Source of the DNA: a virus | Lineage: Duplodnaviria; Caudoviricetes | Reading direction: 5' to 3' (one strand) | IMG/VR virus record: IMGVR_UViG_3300016472_001092 | Span: 1 to 58,360 of that record | DNA: 58,360 nt | In this document: positions 1-9,044 of the stretch, piece by piece | How positions within the stretch are numbered: position 1 is the stretch's first letter | Layout of the letters: the number at the start of each line of letters is the position of its first letter | Notes under the pieces: model-generated | What the model was told of the DNA's origin: nothing | The model's input: the letters and a program-made list of their open reading frames with translations, nothing else | The model's database searches: none | Made by a program: the position numbers and the translations under genes

Positions 1-158
1 TGGTTCTCGAGGAGTTGTGCCATCATTTCACGGCGTTGTCCATCGAGGCCACGGAGGAGGCCTGTGCGGCTCCACTTCTCTGTGAGACGGGCACGCTCGG
101 CGCCGACGTGGCGATCCTTGATGCCTTGTGATAATTGTTCAATTGTAAAAGTCTTCAT
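1..158 (-). CDS. gp23: Major capsid protein, T4 gp23-like (N-terminal part; runs off the window start)
   Basis: Not in the ORF track. Manual translation from ATG at 158 gives MKTFTIEQLSQGIKDRHVGAERARLTEKWSRTGLLRGLDGQRREMMAQLLEN, matching the gp23-family KW...LL.GL...MA.LLENQ pattern. AGGAG RBS at 166-170; lies directly downstream of the scaffold gene. Confidence 0.88.
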   Translation of the reverse strand, partial: MKTFTIEQLSQGIKDRHVGAERARLTEKWSRTGLLRGLDGQRREMMAQLLEN

Positions 159-205
159 TTTTTATCTCCTGTATGCGTATCAAAAAGTTATTAGAAAGTT
201 GTGAC

Positions 206-2164
206 TCACTTGACGATTCCAGCGAGCCTTGCCCAACGCTCTGCCTCAACACCTTCTGAGAGTGTTTGGGTTGATGCAGGACGTGTTGCTCGTGAAGAAG
301 AGCCGAGAACGCGGCCTTCAGTCACGGTCTTACGAGGCTTCACCAATGCCTTGGCGAGTGACTCGTAAACAAGCTTTGCCTCACGAATTGTCTCAGCTGC
401 ATCGAGTTGCTCAATTACCTGTGCCTTTTGGCGAGCAGTGAGTGACTCGGTCTGAAGAAGCTTGTTCGTGAAGAGAAGCTTTGCGTTGAACAGATTCGTT
501 TCTGCCAACTTCTTGCTAAGCATGTTGACCTGATCCGTGCCAGCGGCGGATTTAGCAACGTTATTTGAACGTGTGCTGTTCTTCGCAGCACCCTCAGTGA
601 GGGACTGTGAAAGCTTATTGAAGAGCCTGACTGAAGCATTGTAACGCTCCGCAGTTCTCTCATATGCTGCCTTGATCTCTCCACCACGTGATGTGGCTTC
701 CTTCCTCTCGAGGAGGGTACGAGCACCAACTGCAGACTTCTTGTAGGACTCATAGAGCTTCCTCAATTGGGAAGCACGTCCACGAAGAGACTCTTGAAGC
801 TTGAGCTCTTGAGCCATCTTGGAACGAACTGATTCTTGATATGTTCGATTAGGAGCAGCCTTTGGAGGAGAACGGCGGCGCTTGTTACCACCCGTTGCAT
901 TAGACATTGCACCACGTCCCATAGCGTCTTCTGAATCGACTCCTTGGCCTAAGTCATCCATTTCGTCAAGTTCTGCCTCGTCAAGGTCCATCTCATCAAG
1001 ATCGTACTCGTTAAGATTATCAGCTGCACCACCGCCGGTAGCAAGTGGTCCTTCTGCGTCTGCGACAGCAGGATGATCAACCTCGTCAAGATCACCTTCA
1101 TCATCAACGATCTCAAGGACAGCATCATCCTCGTCGAGGTAGCTCTCAGAGAGCTTCACGTCAAGTGCATCGCTGAGTTCCTCTGCATCACCGAAGTCAT
1201 CAAATTCATCAGCAGAAGGTGCCTCACCGTCGGTTGAAGGAACTGACTCTTCTTCGCGGAGTAGTCTCATTGTGGCGATTTCACGACGAAGCATGTTTTC
1301 GTCGATCTCAACGACGGCGTCGTCGTCAAGGCCAATGACCTCAAGAAGACCTTCGTCTTCGTCTCCGCCCTCTTCACCTTCACCACCCTCTTCTTCAGAG
1401 GGTTCCTCAAGATCAAGACCGAGGTCTTCGTCTCCACCTTCTTCGCCTTCAGAACCTTCTTCTTCCTCTTCTCCCATGACGAGTGTGGCTTGGCCGTCCT
1501 CGAGGTCGAGTTCTTCTTCGTTAGGAAGGTCCAGTTCGATGGTCACCTTTGCTTCATCTAAAAGATTTCTTTTCATTTTTGTCTCCTGAAACATTTCTAA
1601 TTTTTCTAAGCACCTTTTCAATCTCAAACCGTAACCCAACCTAACGTTGGGATCAACTACGCGCTTTTGCACTTGTTCGTAGATGGCACCAATTGCCTCA
1701 TTTAGAATCGTGATCTTTTCACCAACAACAGACTCCGTGAGTCGATTCTTTGACTTCATTAGATCATCAAGTGCTTCTTCAACGTAGAGCAACTTTTGTT
1801 TGACGCCTGTCGCAGACTTCAAGGCCTCGGCAAGGTCTAACTCTTGAACGTGTTCATCGCCTTCTTCGGAAACGACCTCAGAAAAAGGATGTGATTCCTG
1901 CTGATCATCTTCTGAATCAACAGGTTCTGAGTCAACGGGTTTTTCTTCACTTCCTTTGACAACATCCTTAGGATCTATTTCAACACCTGAGGGTGTTGGT
2001 CCTGTTTCGTCAAGTTCCGAAGCCTCGCCGAGCAACTCTTTTTCAATCAGTTCCCTTATGCGAGGGGCGACGGCTTCAACGATCGCCCTCTTCGCATTGT
2101 CTTCGGCGATTTCTTTGACTTTCTTTAGATCTGCAATTGCTTCTTCGTAGAGTTGCTTTGACAT
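206..2164 (-). CDS. Prohead core/scaffold protein (gp22-like role), highly acidic, 652 aa
   Basis: Sits immediately upstream of the capsid gene. E/D-rich low-complexity centre, coiled-coil C-terminus (NLFNAKLLFTNKLL...AKLVYESL) ending RWARLAGIVK, and many L-x-E motifs. Confidence 0.75.
   Translation of the reverse strand: MSKQLYEEAIADLKKVKEIAEDNAKRAIVEAVAPRIRELIEKELLGEASELDETGPTPSGVEIDPKDVVKGSEEKPVDSEPVDSEDDQQESHPFSEVVSEEGDEHVQELDLAEALKSATGVKQKLLYVEEALDDLMKSKNRLTESVVGEKITILNEAIGAIYEQVQKRVVDPNVRLGYGLRLKRCLEKLEMFQETKMKRNLLDEAKVTIELDLPNEEELDLEDGQATLVMGEEEEEGSEGEEGGDEDLGLDLEEPSEEEGGEGEEGGDEDEGLLEVIGLDDDAVVEIDENMLRREIATMRLLREEESVPSTDGEAPSADEFDDFGDAEELSDALDVKLSESYLDEDDAVLEIVDDEGDLDEVDHPAVADAEGPLATGGGAADNLNEYDLDEMDLDEAELDEMDDLGQGVDSEDAMGRGAMSNATGGNKRRRSPPKAAPNRTYQESVRSKMAQELKLQESLRGRASQLRKLYESYKKSAVGARTLLERKEATSRGGEIKAAYERTAERYNASVRLFNKLSQSLTEGAAKNSTRSNNVAKSAAGTDQVNMLSKKLAETNLFNAKLLFTNKLLQTESLTARQKAQVIEQLDAAETIREAKLVYESLAKALVKPRKTVTEGRVLGSSSRATRPASTQTLSEGVEAERWARLAGIVK
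1574..1587 (-). promoter_or_regulatory. Internal in-frame RBS + ATG within the scaffold gene
   Basis: AGGAGACAAAAATG precedes codon 197 (MKRNLLDEAK) and is nearly identical to the capsid gene's AGGAGATAAAAAATG. Confidence 0.55.
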
Positions 2165-2188
2165 TTTTGTTCTATCTCCGTTGCGATG

Positions 2189-2674
2189 TCACGTAGACGA
2201 TCCCATCTTTTCAGAAACGCCGAGCTTCTGTGCCGCAATTTTCTTTGCGTACTCTGCTGGGTTCTTTGTTCCTGTGTTTGGACCGCCGGGGACGTAGTTT
2301 GGTTTGATGTCGCTTGACTTGATTTCAGGATCAACATTCTTGTCGACGCCATCTGTCTTACCAGGACCTGGTGATGATAGGTCTGGAAAGAATGAATTGG
2401 CAGGATCACCAGGTGCTGACCACATGCCGTCTGCTTTTGCATTGATGTCTGGTGAATTAGAATAATCCATGTCGACGCCGGGACCAAAGTATGAATCGCC
2501 AGGTTGAACGCCGTTCTTTAAGGAAGAGTTTCCTTGACCGACGACTACCTGACGATATTCTACTTCTTTACCGACATAAGCGCTGGTCGGTGAGCTTGGA
2601 AACAGCTTCGCCAATAGGTTGTTTTTAGCGTTGCTTTCCGGTGCATATACTGTGTATTTTCCTTGACCAGGCAT
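2189..2674 (-). CDS. Hypothetical Gly/Pro/Asp-rich head-module protein
   Basis: 161-aa ORF with GGAG RBS; GC-richer composition like the neighbouring head genes. Confidence 0.7.
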   Translation of the reverse strand: MPGQGKYTVYAPESNAKNNLLAKLFPSSPTSAYVGKEVEYRQVVVGQGNSSLKNGVQPGDSYFGPGVDMDYSNSPDINAKADGMWSAPGDPANSFFPDLSSPGPGKTDGVDKNVDPEIKSSDIKPNYVPGGPNTGTKNPAEYAKKIAAQKLGVSEKMGSST

Positions 2675-2710
2675 AGTTTTCTCCGCTCAAATAAAAAGTG
2701 TGATCAAAGA

Positions 2711-3046
2711 TCACTTCTTAGGGGCCTTCTTTGGCGCCGGCTTCTCGGGCTTCTTCTTTGGATCTTTCGCAGCTTTATCAGCTAATTTTGCCGCTGCTTT
2801 CTTCTTGGCTTCATGAATTTGTGCAAGACGGCGAGTCAAGCGAGCCTCTTCAAGACCAAGTGCCTTGTAATGATCAACATGGTGCTCAAGGGAATCTGCG
2901 TACTCGTCTGCATCAACTTCTTCTGCATCCTTTGCTGCGTCCTCTGTGGACTCCATGTCGCCGAAGCCCTTCATGGCCTTGGCTTCACGCAACTTTGTAA
3001 CTTCTTCAGCAATGATCTTCTTTAAAATGGTCGTTGTAAGCTTCAT
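2711..3046 (-). CDS. Small head-module protein with Lys/Ala/Pro-rich tail
   Basis: Start re-called to ATG at 3046 (MKLTTTILKKIIAEEV) based on GAGG RBS at 3055-3058; basic histone-like C-terminal tail. Confidence 0.7.
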   Translation of the reverse strand: MKLTTTILKKIIAEEVTKLREAKAMKGFGDMESTEDAAKDAEEVDADEYADSLEHHVDHYKALGLEEARLTRRLAQIHEAKKKAAAKLADKAAKDPKKKPEKPAPKKAPKK

Positions 3047-3100
3047 ATGACAAACCTCGTGCAAATATATATTGTTTAATTATCTTACCTTAAGAAAAAA

Positions 3101-3508
3101 TTAAAATTTCTTAGGCGTTTCTGAAAATGCCAGCTCTGCCCACTTGGAAGCAACCTCATCTCCAAACAATTCTTCAGGTGTGCTTTGTGACACAGCACGT
3201 TCATAAGAACCAACTGGTTGTGGTTGCTGAGTGGTTTTTTCATTGAGCATGGTTGGCAATGTAGTTGCTGCTGTATCAGCAAGAATTGATGCCATTATTG
3301 AATTTCCGTTTGATTCTCTTTTGATTGCCTCGGCAATTGTCTGTCCATACTTAACGTTCTGTCCACGTCTATGAACCTGTTGTTGTACCTTTTTTATAGG
3401 TGACTCATTAACGCTAGTAGGTTGCCTCGTTGTGTTAATTCCTTCAGACAGGATTTCAACAAGACACTCTTTTACGATTGATTTTAGTTGTTGCCTTGAA
3501 ATAGCCAT
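3101..3508 (-). CDS. Hypothetical head-module protein
   Basis: 135 aa; N-terminus MAISRQQLKSIVKECL resembles that of the neighbouring gene; tightly packed in the operon. Confidence 0.7.
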   Translation of the reverse strand: MAISRQQLKSIVKECLVEILSEGINTTRQPTSVNESPIKKVQQQVHRRGQNVKYGQTIAEAIKRESNGNSIMASILADTAATTLPTMLNEKTTQQPQPVGSYERAVSQSTPEELFGDEVASKWAELAFSETPKKF

Positions 3509-3509
3509 A

Positions 3510-3926
3510 TCAACCGATTCCTTCCCACATTGTCGTTCCTCCGATGGACCCAGTTAAGATCGGCATCATTGTGGAATCTATCATTGTAAGGGAACAGTAA
3601 AGGCTATAATTCAAAGTATCAGTAAAAGTGTCTCCTCTTACATGGACCTCTTTGACCCTTGCATCTAGTGTAACAGTCTCACCAGAGTTAACAGAAAAAT
3701 AATAATTTCCACCAACACCATTGACACCGTTTAAGGTAAATCCAACTCTTATGAATTTGTTTGAAGTAGTTGAAAGATTATGAAAAGTTATGTTTTTTGT
3801 GACCTTTGGAAGTTGATACGATGTCACAGTGTTTGAAACCGTGGTTCCTGAAACTACCCACGGTAGTCCAGACATTGTGAACTCAGCAGGCACGTTTGTA
3901 CCAGATCTTGGATTACTTAAGCCCAT
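3510..3926 (-). CDS. Hypothetical beta-rich virion protein (possible capsid decoration)
   Basis: 138 aa, Thr/Ser/Gly/Val-rich, located between the protease and scaffold genes. Function is inference only. Confidence 0.55.
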   Translation of the reverse strand: MGLSNPRSGTNVPAEFTMSGLPWVVSGTTVSNTVTSYQLPKVTKNITFHNLSTTSNKFIRVGFTLNGVNGVGGNYYFSVNSGETVTLDARVKEVHVRGDTFTDTLNYSLYCSLTMIDSTMMPILTGSIGGTTMWEGIG

Positions 3927-3927
3927 C

Positions 3928-4539
3928 TCACTTGCTCCTTGTTGACAAGATATCGTTTAGTATCCTATCGATTCTATCTGACCTTGTGAATACTTTTTGA
4001 AGTTCTTCAGGGTTTATTTGTCTACCTTCTGCCATCATGAAGGCACCTGGTGTTGATGGTTCAGAAACGAAATCCCAACAAATCAATTGGAAATCATCTT
4101 GAACTATCTGATAATCACCTTGCTTCTTTGTTGTGCCAACTCCGCGAGAAGATATTCCTAGTTTAACGCCTGATTCTACTAACGATTGTAGGATCTTTCC
4201 AGAAGGTGTGTCAAGGATTTCTACCACCCCATAAACAACATCTCCATCAACGTAGGCTTCACGAACTATGTGTGAAACATTCTTTAAATTAACAACAGAT
4301 GAATCTGGGTGATCTAGTTCTCCAAGAGCCCGATTTTCAATGATGAATTTTTGGTAATTACGAACCTCTCGCTCAAGAACATTCTTAGGATAGATCCTAC
4401 CGTTTTGATTCAAGGTATCAGACTTCTGTAGGATTCCTTTCATCACCACCTTACCCTCGTTGGCCTCTCTTGCCTCCTTGATCATGTCAGGGGTGTAATC
4501 AAAAATTTGATAAGAGTTTAATAACCTTAAATTAGACAT
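3928..4539 (-). CDS. gp21: Prohead maturation protease (T4 gp21-like)
   Basis: Motifs NQNGRIYP, ALGELDHP, NVSH, TPSGKIL, GISSRGVG and DFVSEPSTPGA. Start re-called to ATG at 4539 with GGAGGAG RBS at 4543-4549. Confidence 0.93.
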   Translation of the reverse strand: MSNLRLLNSYQIFDYTPDMIKEAREANEGKVVMKGILQKSDTLNQNGRIYPKNVLEREVRNYQKFIIENRALGELDHPDSSVVNLKNVSHIVREAYVDGDVVYGVVEILDTPSGKILQSLVESGVKLGISSRGVGTTKKQGDYQIVQDDFQLICWDFVSEPSTPGAFMMAEGRQINPEELQKVFTRSDRIDRILNDILSTRSK

Positions 4540-5389
4540 TTTCTCCTCCTGACAATTCATCAATTAGTTTGATGTACAACATGTATTCTGCCACTGTTCC
4601 ATCATCAACGCTAGAAATCTCGTTGATCAATTGATTCTTTACCTCTACTAACTTTCCAGTTAGGTAACCTTCACTTGAATTATTTACGTATTGTTCTATT
4701 GATCCAAGAAGCTTTTCTCTTATTTCTTTTAGCTTCATGATGATTGTTTTATTTTCATCACCATTTGCGGCTGAAAATGCATATGCCTTGATTAGAGATT
4801 TTTGCTCCGTTGTTAGGGTGTTATCGTATTTTTCACCCAATTTCTTCATCATGATTTTCATCAATAATCTATTTGAACCTGTTGCTTCCTCATTAACAAT
4901 CTGTTCATTATTCTCTTGGCTCTTTGGCGTGACCAACCATCTTACGATCTGGTCTTCATACCCTGCCATTCTTGACAAGTCGGGCGTTTTTAAACGCCAA
5001 TCGTTTAAGAGACTTTGTAATGTTGCAAAAGTTCGATATTCTGATATGTGTTGATCATAAAAATTTTCATCATTTAACTGGTGATTTATAGATCTTATCA
5101 GTAAAGACTTCTCTCTATCAAGTTCTGTTGAATTATGTGATCTTGCAGCAGATTTTGCCTCGTTTAAGATAGAAGCAGCGACGGCTTCTGAACTAACCGT
5201 GGTTTTCATTATTGAGTGAATCAACCTAAATTCCTTGTAAAGTTCAGTCCCTGGCTTAAAATGAGATTTGATTATCTTCAACGCCTTTGAAGATTTTTTC
5301 TTATCATTTTCTACCAATGCTTGAGATATTGTTTTTACAAGAAATTCGTATAATAATCCAGTGTTTCTTTTTTTATTGTGAATCGACAT
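4532..5389 (-). CDS. Hypothetical helical head-module protein
   Basis: 285 aa beginning HNKKRNTGLLYEFL; lies between portal and protease and overlaps the protease start. Confidence 0.75.
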   Translation of the reverse strand: MSIHNKKRNTGLLYEFLVKTISQALVENDKKKSSKALKIIKSHFKPGTELYKEFRLIHSIMKTTVSSEAVAASILNEAKSAARSHNSTELDREKSLLIRSINHQLNDENFYDQHISEYRTFATLQSLLNDWRLKTPDLSRMAGYEDQIVRWLVTPKSQENNEQIVNEEATGSNRLLMKIMMKKLGEKYDNTLTTEQKSLIKAYAFSAANGDENKTIIMKLKEIREKLLGSIEQYVNNSSEGYLTGKLVEVKNQLINEISSVDDGTVAEYMLYIKLIDELSGGENV

Positions 5390-5455
5390 TAAGGTCGGAT
5401 CCTTTCATGTGAATTTTTCCAAAAACAGTGAAATTAAATATTGATCAAATCAAAG

Positions 5456-8400
5456 TTATTCTTCTACGTTAAGATCTATTTCTTCTTGTGACTCCAAAAG
5501 CAAAGAATCGTTTTGTCTTGTCATTCCAAGTGATGTTGACATTTTTCTTAATGATGACATCATGTCGGGTGATAAAGATGTTTTAATTTGTTCTTTTTGA
5601 TTTGAACCACCAAACGATTCATTAAACGGATCGCTTAAATCTCCAAAAGGTTTGCTAAATGAATCGTTTTTATGTGACAATGATCTACCAAAGTCTGGCA
5701 TCCCGTGTCTCTTTTTTCTACTAGGGTGCTTTTTTACACGATTTTTTGGCTTTACAGGCCAATCCTTTTCGTCCAAAGGAGGAAGTTCATCTTCATCTAT
5801 GTCACCGGACATTAGTAACTTTGCCTTACCATCTGCATCATCAGCAGGATCATCTGAGGCTGTTAAATCTTCTCCGGCGGCGGCTTCAGGTTCCTCTGGT
5901 TTTTCTTCGCCACCTCCTCCTGTTTCCCCACCACCGAAAAGATCTTCCTCGCCTCCTGCTTCGCCACCGCCACCAGCTTCTCCCTCTTCACCTTCTGGCT
6001 TGGCATTTTCAATTCCAAGATCGGTAACCTTTTCCTTTAATCTTTGTTGGTTGATCTCATCAATTTGTTCATCATTCAAGCCCCAAATCTCACGTTGGAC
6101 AAATCGACGACTACCCATTCCTTCAGGAAGCGCTCCACCAATTTCAAATTTTGATTTCCATAGTTCAAGTTTCTGCTGTTGTGCCATCGTAGATGGATTT
6201 GATAATCGTAATACAAAGTTCTGAAGATCATCACCATCATAACCATTTGCATAAAGATGAATGATAGCAAGCTTGTTTAACTCTGAAATGATCGTTTTCT
6301 GAATAACGCTGATCGTTCTTGAAAAGCGTATATCCTCTTGGGCTAACGTTGCCTTTGATGAAAGCATCTCATCATAACCAAGGTATGCCCTTGGGACCTT
6401 CAACGCAGCAAAGAGTTTCTTTTGCATGTATTGAACGTCTTCGACAGTCGCAGCATTCTGACCACCGGATAAAGTATCAATCTTTGTGCCTGATTCACCA
6501 CCACGAACAGCAATGAAATAATCATCTTCAACGCTAAGTGGAGAGTAACGAAGATCAACTCTTCCAGTATTTCTATCAACTACCTGGTTTGTTCTCAGAT
6601 TTTTTCTTTGTTCTTCAACGTACATAGGTACATTTTCTGGGGGGATATTAGCTACGTCGATGTAAAAGACACGACGCTCCGGAGCACGAACTATGCGGTA
6701 AACCAACATAGCGTCCTCAAGGAGTATCAACTGTCTCCAAATTCTGCGCGCAGGTTCAATCAATGATGAACCGTAAGGAAGAAACATGTCATTTCCAAGC
6801 AGACGAAAATGTGTTACTTCCCAATTTTCTAACGTTCTATTTCCTAACGTTGACCAACGATATCTCACCGCAAATGGATCTTCACGATCGTAGTTTTCTT
6901 CTCTTTCTATCTCGTTAACTGGTATAGGAAATGCGTGAAGAACTCCTTGTGTTGGAGAAACATCGTTATATAAGAAAAAATCTCCATACTTGACTAGATT
7001 TCGAGCCCAAGAACGTAGGTTAAACTCAACGTTCAGGATATTATAAAAAAGATCTTCAAGGATGTCTTTTACTTTTTCATCATCAGAATAAACGTGAAGT
7101 ACCCTTCCTTTATCATCCTGCGCAACAGTTTCATCTGCATAAATGTCCATTGCAGCTGCAATTTCTGCAGTGTTGTGTGATATCACAGAATCAGTTGCAA
7201 AGTTTTTATAACCGTCAACAGTTAAATCATACAAAGGAATTGTTTCACCTAGTTCTATTGAAACAACTTTCATGTTTTCATAAGAACTTGAAAAATCTGT
7301 GAAATTTTTATATCCAGCGTTCTTTATTCTTTTGTCTAAAATAGTGGTTGTAGTAGAAGCTTCTTGAGCAAGCTTCACCTTAGACATACCTTTGGAAAAT
7401 TTTGAGCATATCAAATCAAAAGTTACACGATGCTCATAACGAGGATTTTTTTCTCCCTTGTTGTCCCAAGAATGATTTCTCCAATCTGGATTATACGCTT
7501 TTGAAAAAACTTCAAAGTTTTGATAACCGTGTTTTCGGAGTCTTCTTTTGATTACGTTTGGATCTGTTCCAAACACTTCACAAACCCTATAAAGATTAAA
7601 ATCTACCTTTTCGCTTATTTCAAGAATCCTACCAAAAGTTATGTCTTTTCTTTCTGCAGGATTGTTTTCAATCATAAACTTTGAGTGATTAACCTTAAAT
7701 TGTTCAATCCACTCAGCATTTTGTTCTGACCATTTTGCACCATTGATAATCTTAGCATGAAGGTTGCGATGATCAAGTTCTGTCATCACCCTAAGGTTTT
7801 CTAATCGATTATCATTCTTTTTGAAATTAATATGATGCACAACTTCGTTTTCTTCAAGCTGAGATCCTTTTATCATTTCTCCGAGGATACGATGTTCTGC
7901 TACCCACCCATTCATCTTTGATCTACGATCCATTGAGTAGATCCAACGATATCCGTCTCCATCTTCTTTACACCCGTTAAATAAATCCCTTCTATAGAAA
8001 GGCATCATTGCATCGCCGGGTTTCAAGTTTTCAATCATACAATACGTACCATCTCGTTTCATGAGACGATGGTTTGAAGATCCAATAATCTTTTGACCAT
8101 TGTCAAAAGTAACAACATATGATTGATCAATTGTCGTTTGCCTCGCCTGCTTTGCTACAGCGGGAACGATTCTTCCTAAATTATGATCATAAGAATAAAC
8201 AATAAATCTGTGATCAGGATTCTTCGAACAATCTTCAGAAAGTTCTTTTATGGTACGATACCCTCCAGGAACAGCTATCAGCGTATCTCCATGCAAACAG
8301 TATTCCATTTCTTGAAAATCTTGATACCTCATCAGACGTTCTGAGAGGTTGTAAGAATTCGCTGTAATTACAGAGTACGTTGGTGATGTTGAGCGTTGAA

Positions 8401-8545
8401 ACAACAAAGCTCCAGAAGACTTGACTTTGTCTGCAACTGCGATCGTTGTGTCAAACCCTTTTACCTTACGTTTAACAACAGGACCGCTTTTAAATAGACG
8501 AGTAAGCCTCTGAAACAGGTTTTTGTTTCTATCTTCTTTGGACAC
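5456..8545 (-). CDS. gp20: Portal protein (T4 gp20-like) containing an intein
   Basis: Motifs EDAMLVYRIVRAPERRVFYIDV, EDDYFI, GTKIDTLSGG, KLFAALKVP and QEDIRF. GTG start, acidic C-terminal extension; 653 aa after removing the intein. Confidence 0.93.
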   Translation of the reverse strand: MSKEDRNKNLFQRLTRLFKSGPVVKRKVKGFDTTIAVADKVKSSGALLFQRSTSPTYSVITANSYNLSERLMRYQDFQEMEYCLHGDTLIAVPGGYRTIKELSEDCSKNPDHRFIVYSYDHNLGRIVPAVAKQARQTTIDQSYVVTFDNGQKIIGSSNHRLMKRDGTYCMIENLKPGDAMMPFYRRDLFNGCKEDGDGYRWIYSMDRRSKMNGWVAEHRILGEMIKGSQLEENEVVHHINFKKNDNRLENLRVMTELDHRNLHAKIINGAKWSEQNAEWIEQFKVNHSKFMIENNPAERKDITFGRILEISEKVDFNLYRVCEVFGTDPNVIKRRLRKHGYQNFEVFSKAYNPDWRNHSWDNKGEKNPRYEHRVTFDLICSKFSKGMSKVKLAQEASTTTTILDKRIKNAGYKNFTDFSSSYENMKVVSIELGETIPLYDLTVDGYKNFATDSVISHNTAEIAAAMDIYADETVAQDDKGRVLHVYSDDEKVKDILEDLFYNILNVEFNLRSWARNLVKYGDFFLYNDVSPTQGVLHAFPIPVNEIEREENYDREDPFAVRYRWSTLGNRTLENWEVTHFRLLGNDMFLPYGSSLIEPARRIWRQLILLEDAMLVYRIVRAPERRVFYIDVANIPPENVPMYVEEQRKNLRTNQVVDRNTGRVDLRYSPLSVEDDYFIAVRGGESGTKIDTLSGGQNAATVEDVQYMQKKLFAALKVPRAYLGYDEMLSSKATLAQEDIRFSRTISVIQKTIISELNKLAIIHLYANGYDGDDLQNFVLRLSNPSTMAQQQKLELWKSKFEIGGALPEGMGSRRFVQREIWGLNDEQIDEINQQRLKEKVTDLGIENAKPEGEEGEAGGGGEAGGEEDLFGGGETGGGGEEKPEEPEAAAGEDLTASDDPADDADGKAKLLMSGDIDEDELPPLDEKDWPVKPKNRVKKHPSRKKRHGMPDFGRSLSHKNDSFSKPFGDLSDPFNESFGGSNQKEQIKTSLSPDMMSSLRKMSTSLGMTRQNDSLLLESQEEIDLNVEE
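7172..8299 (-). mobile_element. Intein (376 aa) with an HNH homing endonuclease domain, inside the portal gene
   Basis: N-junction EY|CLHGDTLI, block-B-like SSNHRLM, block F YDLTVDGYKNF, C-junction ISHN|T. Internal HNH motif EHR...VVHHINFKKNDNRLENL. Confidence 0.92.
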
Positions 8546-8568
8546 TTTTTGCCTTCTTTAATGGTTTA

Positions 8569-8589
8569 TAACCTTAGATTATAAGGTTA
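8569..8589. repeat. 8-bp inverted repeat upstream of the portal gene
   Basis: TAACCTTA-GATTA-TAAGGTTA in the intergenic gap. Confidence 0.5.
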
Positions 8590-8609
8590 AAACAATCATT
8601 TGATTAATT

Positions 8610-9014
8610 TCAATCGTCTTTTAATGAAGGTTCATCCTCAAGGTCTTCTTCCTCTTCCTCTTCACCCTCATCTTCATCTTCAATTTCAATTCCTAAACCT
8701 TCAAGATCTTCATCCTCTTCGCCTTCAAGGTCTTCAATCTCTTCTGGTTCTTCAGACTCCTCACCGCTTACTGCGGAAACATAGTTCATTGGTTCTTTCA
8801 ACATGTTTTCAAGGCTATCACGCACTTGATTCAAGTGAGGAGACAATGCGTTGATTGCAGCATGAGGAGCCTCACTTTCAAAAGAACTGATTTCTTCGTA
8901 TAGATCAACGATTAAACTATAAAGTTTTTTTGCCTCACCTGTGTTCAGGCTTTCATAAACGAGCGTTAAATCTTTATTGATGGACTCATTAAGTTTGTTT
9001 AGGTTGATTTTCAT
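8610..9014 (-). CDS. Hypothetical protein with a very acidic C-terminus
   Basis: 134 aa with GAGG RBS, between terminase and portal. Confidence 0.72.
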   Translation of the reverse strand: MKINLNKLNESINKDLTLVYESLNTGEAKKLYSLIVDLYEEISSFESEAPHAAINALSPHLNQVRDSLENMLKEPMNYVSAVSGEESEEPEEIEDLEGEEDEDLEGLGIEIEDEDEGEEEEEEDLEDEPSLKDD

Positions 9015-9044
9015 TTGCTACCTCACGTTGTTATATCTATACTC

